In this document: positions 58,456 to 64,000 of the stretch, piece by piece | Layout of the letters: every line of letters begins with the position of its first letter | Position numbering within the stretch: position 1 is the first letter of the stretch | From: a virus | Lineage: Duplodnaviria > Caudoviricetes | DNA: 64,000 nt | Strand: one strand, 5' to 3' | Virus record (IMG/VR): IMGVR_UViG_3300021400_001148 | Location: 128,001 to 192,000 of that record | Notes under the pieces: generated by a model | Told to the model about the DNA's origin: nothing | What the model saw: only the letters and a program-made list of their open reading frames with translations | Database searches by the model: none | Position numbers and translations under genes: made by a program

Positions 58456-61400
58456 ATGAGTGACGGAATTTTCTTGAATAAAAGGGGTACTGCAGCCCTC
58501 TGGAACGATGTAACTGCAATGGAAACCAAGGGCAAAAAGGCTCTTGCTGAGGCAATTGGCCTTGGTTTCTCTGGGGCTACTAGTGACAATCAAACCGGTG
58601 TTGTAAAGCACCTTGACAGTGGTGACCATTACACAAGCGGTGCTACCACTGTATTGGGTGAGGTTGAAAAACTCGACACCACTCTTTGGAATGCAATCGA
58701 GGAGGACCAGGTTTTCCACAACAGCAAAACTTTCTCTGGCGATACGCAGAACATCACCGGAAGAACAAGTGTTAATGTCAAAGGTGGTGTTGTTAATGTG
58801 ACTGGGGAGACGGAAACTAATTTCTCCGGGGCTAAAATGTCTGTTGATGAAACATCTTCAGTTTCAGTGAAAACCCCTTCAACAACAGTAAGTGGCTCAA
58901 CACTTAGTGTCACAGAAAACACTTCGGCGACAGTAACAACGCCTGATGCTAAAATCATTGCAACAGCAAGCACAATCAGTGGTTCTACGCTATCAGTTAC
59001 GGAGACATCTTCTGCATCAGTGTCTGCCCCAACAACAAATGTTTCTGGTACAACAACCCTCAACTTAAAGGGCGGAACAACTACAAATTTGGAGTCCGGG
59101 GATATTGTCAATGTTACTGGGAAGACCGTAAATGCCAAAGGCTCAACGGCTGTTAATGTTTCTGGGGCAACAATCAATGCCACGGGTACAACAAATATCG
59201 AAGGTAATACCAATATAACAGGTGTTACCAGGGTAAGTGGCGTAACTTCCATCACGGGAGATACTACTATTACGGGAAACGAAACCGTTACAAAGAACCT
59301 CAATGTTAGTGGTAATACCAATATTACTGGGAATACAAACATTAGTGGTACTACAACCATCGACGATTCACTCGAAATACATGACGGTCTTACTGTAACC
59401 GCTGGTGGTGTTGCAATCACCGGCAACACTTCAGTTAGTGGTGACACAAACATTAAAGGAGCAACAAACATCACAGGGAACACAAGTGTGACCGGAAACA
59501 CCACTTTGAGCGGCAATACAAAAATTACTTCCGGAGGTCTCAATGTGACCGGTAACACAACAGTTAGTGGAGACACAACCTTGACTGGTAATGAGGGCAT
59601 TTCCGGTAATCTCACTGTCAGTGGAAATACTGGGATTTCAGGGACAACAGAGATTGGTAAAACACTCACTGTAGCCTCCGGCCTTACTGTAAATAAAGGT
59701 GGTATCGCATCCACCGGTGTGACTTCCCTGAGTGGCCAAACAAATATTGATGGTGCAACAAATATCACAGGAAGCACCACAATTACCGGAGACGAAATCC
59801 TCAACGGAAACCTCCATGTCACTGGAACCACTGTACTTGACAAAAACACCAAAATTAACGCCGGTGGGCTTAATGTAACCGGCGATACAACCATAAGTGG
59901 TAACACAACCATTACTGGCACCACAAAGGTCACTGGAGACACAACCATTAGTGGCAATACTGTAATCAGTGGTGATACTACGCTAAATGGCAAAGAAAGA
60001 GTTAATGGAAACCTTGAAGTTACTGGTACTGCTACAATAACTGGGAACACTACTATTAACAGTAATACCAAGATTACCAGTGGTGGCCTTAATGTGACTG
60101 GAACCACTACTGTTAGTGGTAACACCACAATTAATGGTGAGACTAAAGTAACTGGGGATACAACTATCAGTGGTGCGACTACAATATCTGGTACTACGAC
60201 AGTTAAAGGTGCTACCAATATTGACGGCACAACTTCGATAACTGGCAATACGAATGTTCGTGGCAGCATTGATTTCAGTGGTGCAACAGCCTCCATTAAA
60301 TCAACCGGAACCAACGCAATTAGTGGGGGTACTAATACCTTTACTAGCACTGGAGAGACAGACATTAACGCAGGTTCTAAACTTGTGGTAAAAACACCTG
60401 TCACTGAGATAAGCGGAACCAGCGTGAGTGTCACTGGGACCACTAACCTGAACGGAAACACTAATATTACAGGCAGTCTTACGGTAAGCGAAAATGAAAC
60501 TATATCCAAGAACTTGACTGTCAATGGAAATACTACCCTCGGGGATACTTCTGGTGATACAGTAACAATTGCAGGCAATACCAAAATCAAAGCCGGTGGT
60601 CTTAATGTAACTGGTGATACAACAATCAGCGGCAACACGACTTTGAATGGTAATGAAACTGTCAATGGAAGCCTTGGCGTAACAGGTAACACTAACATAA
60701 CTGGCAACACAAACATCACCGGTAATACAACTGTGAAGGGTAATACGAATTTGGGTGATGCGGATAGTGATGTGCTCACTGTTGTCGGCACAACAAATGC
60801 AACTGGGCCCGTCAACATTACGGGAGACACTCTTATCGATGGCAAACTCACAGTTACTGATGGTATGGAAGTTGGTTGCCCGTTTGATGTTTGCGATACT
60901 CTAGGTGTGACCGCCGGAACCATTGTTGTATCAGGAAACGAGGCTGTTACAGGCAATATTGGAATTTCTGGTACCACAACTACAACCGGAAAATTGACTG
61001 CAAACGGTGGGGCTGATATTACTGGTGCTACAAATGTTCGTGGTAATACAACTTTTAGTGGCGGGACTATCACTGAGACTGCCACAACAAGCATATCTCT
61101 CACCGCACCCACAACCAACATTAGCGGAACAACTACTAATGTAAGTGGAAATACCAACATAACCGGAAACGAAACCGTAAGTGGAAGTCTTTCCGTCAGT
61201 GGCAATACCACACTTGGTGATGCTGCAACGGATGTTACGACAATCTGCGGAGCAACCAACGCAAATGGTAATATTAGTGTAACTGGCAGTGTTTCTGCAA
61301 GTTCCGATGTTAATGCTGGTGGAAACCTCAGTATAACAGGTAATGCTACTGTTAAGGGAAACACCACCCTCGGAGACGCTTCCACTGATACCGTCACAAT

Positions 61401-64000
61401 CAACGGGAGTACCAACGCTACTGGACCCGTGACTATCACAGGGAATGAAACTGTGAATGGAAACCTTGTCGTTACAGGTACTACAAGTATTAGTGGTAAC
61501 ACTTCTATTGATGGAAGTACTCGCCTTGGAAACGCGGCAAGCGACACTCTTACTGTGTGCGGTACAACAAACACTAATGGCAATCTAAATGTCACAGGTA
61601 GCACCACAGTGTCTGGTAATGCAAGTATTGGCGGAACATTAAATGTGACTGGAAGCACCACTCTTGCAGATGCTTCTGCTACGAGCGTTTCAGCAACAAG
61701 TATCAGCACCCCATCACTTACAGTAACAACATTGTCAGCAACAAACGGTAATTTCTCTGGTAATGTGAATGTCACTGGAAATACAAAACTTGGTGCAGTA
61801 ACTGCCACCACTATTTCTGGACAGACAGAAACACTTTCAGGAAACCTTACAGTATCAGGTAGCACAACCCTTGGTGATGCGGTAAGTGATACGCTTACAA
61901 TCAATGCAAATACCACCGCTGCTGCCGGAACTAAGTTCGATGCACTATCAATTGTGTCTGCCACTACAGAGTCCGTAAATGTGAAGGAGGCGTGGAAACT
62001 CGTTGATAAAGCTGGCAACCAGTATGGTTCAACTATTAATATCTATAAGGATAGTTCCCTCAAGAGTGTTGAACTTACAGACACCAGTGGTGGAACATCA
62101 ACCGGACAATACCTTAAGTTTACATACATTCTTTCAGATGGGTCGGAAAGTGTTGTTTACCTCGATGTTTCACAGTTCCTTGTTCAGAGTGAATTTGCCA
62201 GCGGTGTGACTTCAACATCAGCCGGAATTGTCAGAGGTGTGGTTGACCCCACTTCAGAATCTTTCCTTAGTGTAGGGGTTAATGGTTTCAAACTTTCCGG
62301 TGTGCAAAACGCTATTAACGCCAAAGTTAACTCTCTGGATGTTACCACTGATGTCGCTGTTGCTGGACAATATGTCGCTGCAATTCAGGAGGCTGACGGT
62401 ATTGTCTCTGTAAAGGCTAGGGCTAATGTTAGTGAGGCTGTTCTTAACAATTACAGGAAGGGTAGTGATTCTTCAGCGGTTACATCCGCTGATACTGTTA
62501 ATGCCGCAATCAGCAAACTTGAAAATCAGATTACAAAATCTGCCTCCGCTGCTACAACGAAAATCACTGAAGACGCAACCGGGCATGTAACGGTTTCCAA
62601 AACAACAAACACAGATGGTTCGGCAACCTACACCATTGGGGAGAATGATATCGCATCTGCAAGTGGCCTTTCATCTGAAATTACAGCAAGAAAGGCTGTT
62701 GATGGACAGACCGGTCAAACCTATGCAGCAAATTCCGGAACACATTACATATCCGCGGCAACAAGCCTTAACAATGCTGACGTACGGCTTGATACTGCAA
62801 TATATAATGAAGTAACTGCAAGAACTGCTGCAATTGAAGCACTGGATAAATCCGATACGGCCGTCGCTAACAATTTTGTCACTGCTGTAAGCGAAGAGAA
62901 CGGTATTATTACCGTTTCGAGAAAGCAGCCTGGTTTCAGTGAAATTAGCGGCACCACAACCGCAGCACAGCACTATGCCGTAACGGGTTCCGGTGCGACT
63001 GGTGGTACTAACGAATGGATTAAGAGTGTGGCTGTTGATGCTAAAGGCCATGTCACCGGTGCTACCAAGAGCCAGCCTGCATTCTCTAACATTTCAGGGG
63101 CAATTTCAGAAGCACAACACTATGCCGTGACGGGTTCCGGTGCTACCAGTAACACAAGCAAGTGGGTCAACAGTATATCTGTCGACGCCAAGGGCCATGT
63201 CACCGGTACGACAACAAGCCAGCCAACAGGCACTGATGTATCGCTTTCTGGGTACACGATATCCACTGCGAGCACATATAGCGACCTTGAAATTAAGGAT
63301 ACAGATAATGCGAACACTGCTTTCGGAAAAATCCAGAAACAAGTTCTTGACAATGAGGACGTGACAAGTGCGGCCCTTAATGACCTGAATAACCGCATTG
63401 AAGAACTTAACAATGCTGATGTACAGCTCGACGCTGCAATACATAACGAAGTAGTTGCAAGAACTGCTGCGATTGAGGCACTGGATAAATCCGATACGGC
63501 CGTCGCCAACAATTTTGTTACCGCTGTAAGTGAAGAAAATGGTATAATCACTGTCTCAAGAAAACAACCTGGTTTCAGTGAAATTAGCGGTGTCACAACC
63601 GCTGCACAGCACTATGCCGTAACGGGTTCCGGTGCTACCAGTGGTGTAAGCAAATGGGTCAACAGTATATCTGTCGACACCAAGGGTCATGTCACCGGTA
63701 CGACAACAAGCCAGCCAACAGGTGCCGACGTGTCACTTTCCGGATACACGATATCTACCGCGAGTACATATAGTGACCTTGAAATCAAGAGTGCTGATAA
63801 TGCAAATACTGCCTTCGGAAAAATCCAGAAACAAGTTCTTGATAACGAGGAAGTAACAAGTGCAGCCCTTAATGACCTGAATAGTCGCATTGAAGGACTT
63901 AATTATGGCGATAGTGGGTCCGGATTTGTAACTGCAGTCACACAAACAAATGGTAAAATTTCAGTTTCCAAGGGCCAGCCGACAGGTGGCGATGTATCGC
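58456..64000 (+). CDS. giant Thr/Gly/Asn/Ser-rich beta-helix fibre protein, partial (runs off the right edge; absent from the ORF track)
   Basis: ATG 2 nt after the upstream stop (MSDGIFLNKRG...); long run of 6-residue (G.T.I.) repeats; explains the antisense 1129-aa ORF. Confidence 0.85.
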   Translation, partial: MSDGIFLNKRGTAALWNDVTAMETKGKKALAEAIGLGFSGATSDNQTGVVKHLDSGDHYTSGATTVLGEVEKLDTTLWNAIEEDQVFHNSKTFSGDTQNITGRTSVNVKGGVVNVTGETETNFSGAKMSVDETSSVSVKTPSTTVSGSTLSVTENTSATVTTPDAKIIATASTISGSTLSVTETSSASVSAPTTNVSGTTTLNLKGGTTTNLESGDIVNVTGKTVNAKGSTAVNVSGATINATGTTNIEGNTNITGVTRVSGVTSITGDTTITGNETVTKNLNVSGNTNITGNTNISGTTTIDDSLEIHDGLTVTAGGVAITGNTSVSGDTNIKGATNITGNTSVTGNTTLSGNTKITSGGLNVTGNTTVSGDTTLTGNEGISGNLTVSGNTGISGTTEIGKTLTVASGLTVNKGGIASTGVTSLSGQTNIDGATNITGSTTITGDEILNGNLHVTGTTVLDKNTKINAGGLNVTGDTTISGNTTITGTTKVTGDTTISGNTVISGDTTLNGKERVNGNLEVTGTATITGNTTINSNTKITSGGLNVTGTTTVSGNTTINGETKVTGDTTISGATTISGTTTVKGATNIDGTTSITGNTNVRGSIDFSGATASIKSTGTNAISGGTNTFTSTGETDINAGSKLVVKTPVTEISGTSVSVTGTTNLNGNTNITGSLTVSENETISKNLTVNGNTTLGDTSGDTVTIAGNTKIKAGGLNVTGDTTISGNTTLNGNETVNGSLGVTGNTNITGNTNITGNTTVKGNTNLGDADSDVLTVVGTTNATGPVNITGDTLIDGKLTVTDGMEVGCPFDVCDTLGVTAGTIVVSGNEAVTGNIGISGTTTTTGKLTANGGADITGATNVRGNTTFSGGTITETATTSISLTAPTTNISGTTTNVSGNTNITGNETVSGSLSVSGNTTLGDAATDVTTICGATNANGNISVTGSVSASSDVNAGGNLSITGNATVKGNTTLGDASTDTVTINGSTNATGPVTITGNETVNGNLVVTGTTSISGNTSIDGSTRLGNAASDTLTVCGTTNTNGNLNVTGSTTVSGNASIGGTLNVTGSTTLADASATSVSATSISTPSLTVTTLSATNGNFSGNVNVTGNTKLGAVTATTISGQTETLSGNLTVSGSTTLGDAVSDTLTINANTTAAAGTKFDALSIVSATTESVNVKEAWKLVDKAGNQYGSTINIYKDSSLKSVELTDTSGGTSTGQYLKFTYILSDGSESVVYLDVSQFLVQSEFASGVTSTSAGIVRGVVDPTSESFLSVGVNGFKLSGVQNAINAKVNSLDVTTDVAVAGQYVAAIQEADGIVSVKARANVSEAVLNNYRKGSDSSAVTSADTVNAAISKLENQITKSASAATTKITEDATGHVTVSKTTNTDGSATYTIGENDIASASGLSSEITARKAVDGQTGQTYAANSGTHYISAATSLNNADVRLDTAIYNEVTARTAAIEALDKSDTAVANNFVTAVSEENGIITVSRKQPGFSEISGTTTAAQHYAVTGSGATGGTNEWIKSVAVDAKGHVTGATKSQPAFSNISGAISEAQHYAVTGSGATSNTSKWVNSISVDAKGHVTGTTTSQPTGTDVSLSGYTISTASTYSDLEIKDTDNANTAFGKIQKQVLDNEDVTSAALNDLNNRIEELNNADVQLDAAIHNEVVARTAAIEALDKSDTAVANNFVTAVSEENGIITVSRKQPGFSEISGVTTAAQHYAVTGSGATSGVSKWVNSISVDTKGHVTGTTTSQPTGADVSLSGYTISTASTYSDLEIKSADNANTAFGKIQKQVLDNEEVTSAALNDLNSRIEGLNYGDSGSGFVTAVTQTNGKISVSKGQPTGGDVS
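62770..63899 (+). repeat. Near-identical tandem nucleotide repeats inside the fibre gene
   Basis: About 62770-62996 recurs at +639; about 63112-63407 recurs at +492. Confidence 0.85.

Noticed and set aside
58629-62018. 1129-aa minus-strand ORF
   Set aside because: Antisense shadow of the T/G/N/V-rich plus-strand gene; its V/P/L-rich sequence is just the codon complement.
1-64000. Stop-codon recoding (TAG=Gln) as in Lak/crAss-type phages
   Set aside because: Long genes are intact in code 11, and TAG ends genes directly before terminators (e.g. 862-864).

Overview
This window looks like part of a large (jumbo-type) lytic phage of a Bacteroidota host, read in the standard genetic code. Evidence: Bacteroidota-type TAnnTTTG promoters, phage-carried bS21, sigma factor, CCA-adding enzyme, YqeY, DnaJ, DNA methyltransferases and giant fibre-like proteins. 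It has three parts. (1) 1-22,033 is a minus-strand array of about 35 self-contained transcription units of 1-3 small, mostly unknown genes. Nearly every unit is headed by a 29-bp dyad, GGCGCA-N5-GGCWGCC-N5-TGCGCC (31 full copies plus several half-sites), sitting 29 bp upstream of the -7 promoter box and usually just after the previous unit's terminator. This is the standout signal: an apparently undescribed repeated operator or recombination site that organises a gene-cassette array. (2) 22.0-47.2 kb has a G/C-homopolymer strand-switch region, putative virion-internal proteins sharing an 'ITESQL..II.ESV..IL.E' motif, modification, glycosylation and translation genes, and a tRNA-like RNA whose anticodon loop is replaced by a ~57-nt insert. 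(3) 47.2-64 kb holds structural/fibre genes, including a >1,800-codon plus-strand ORF missed by the ORF track because it runs off the window. Many starts in the ORF track are over-extended through the promoter/palindrome; corrected starts are given. All family calls are from motif recognition by eye, not database searches.
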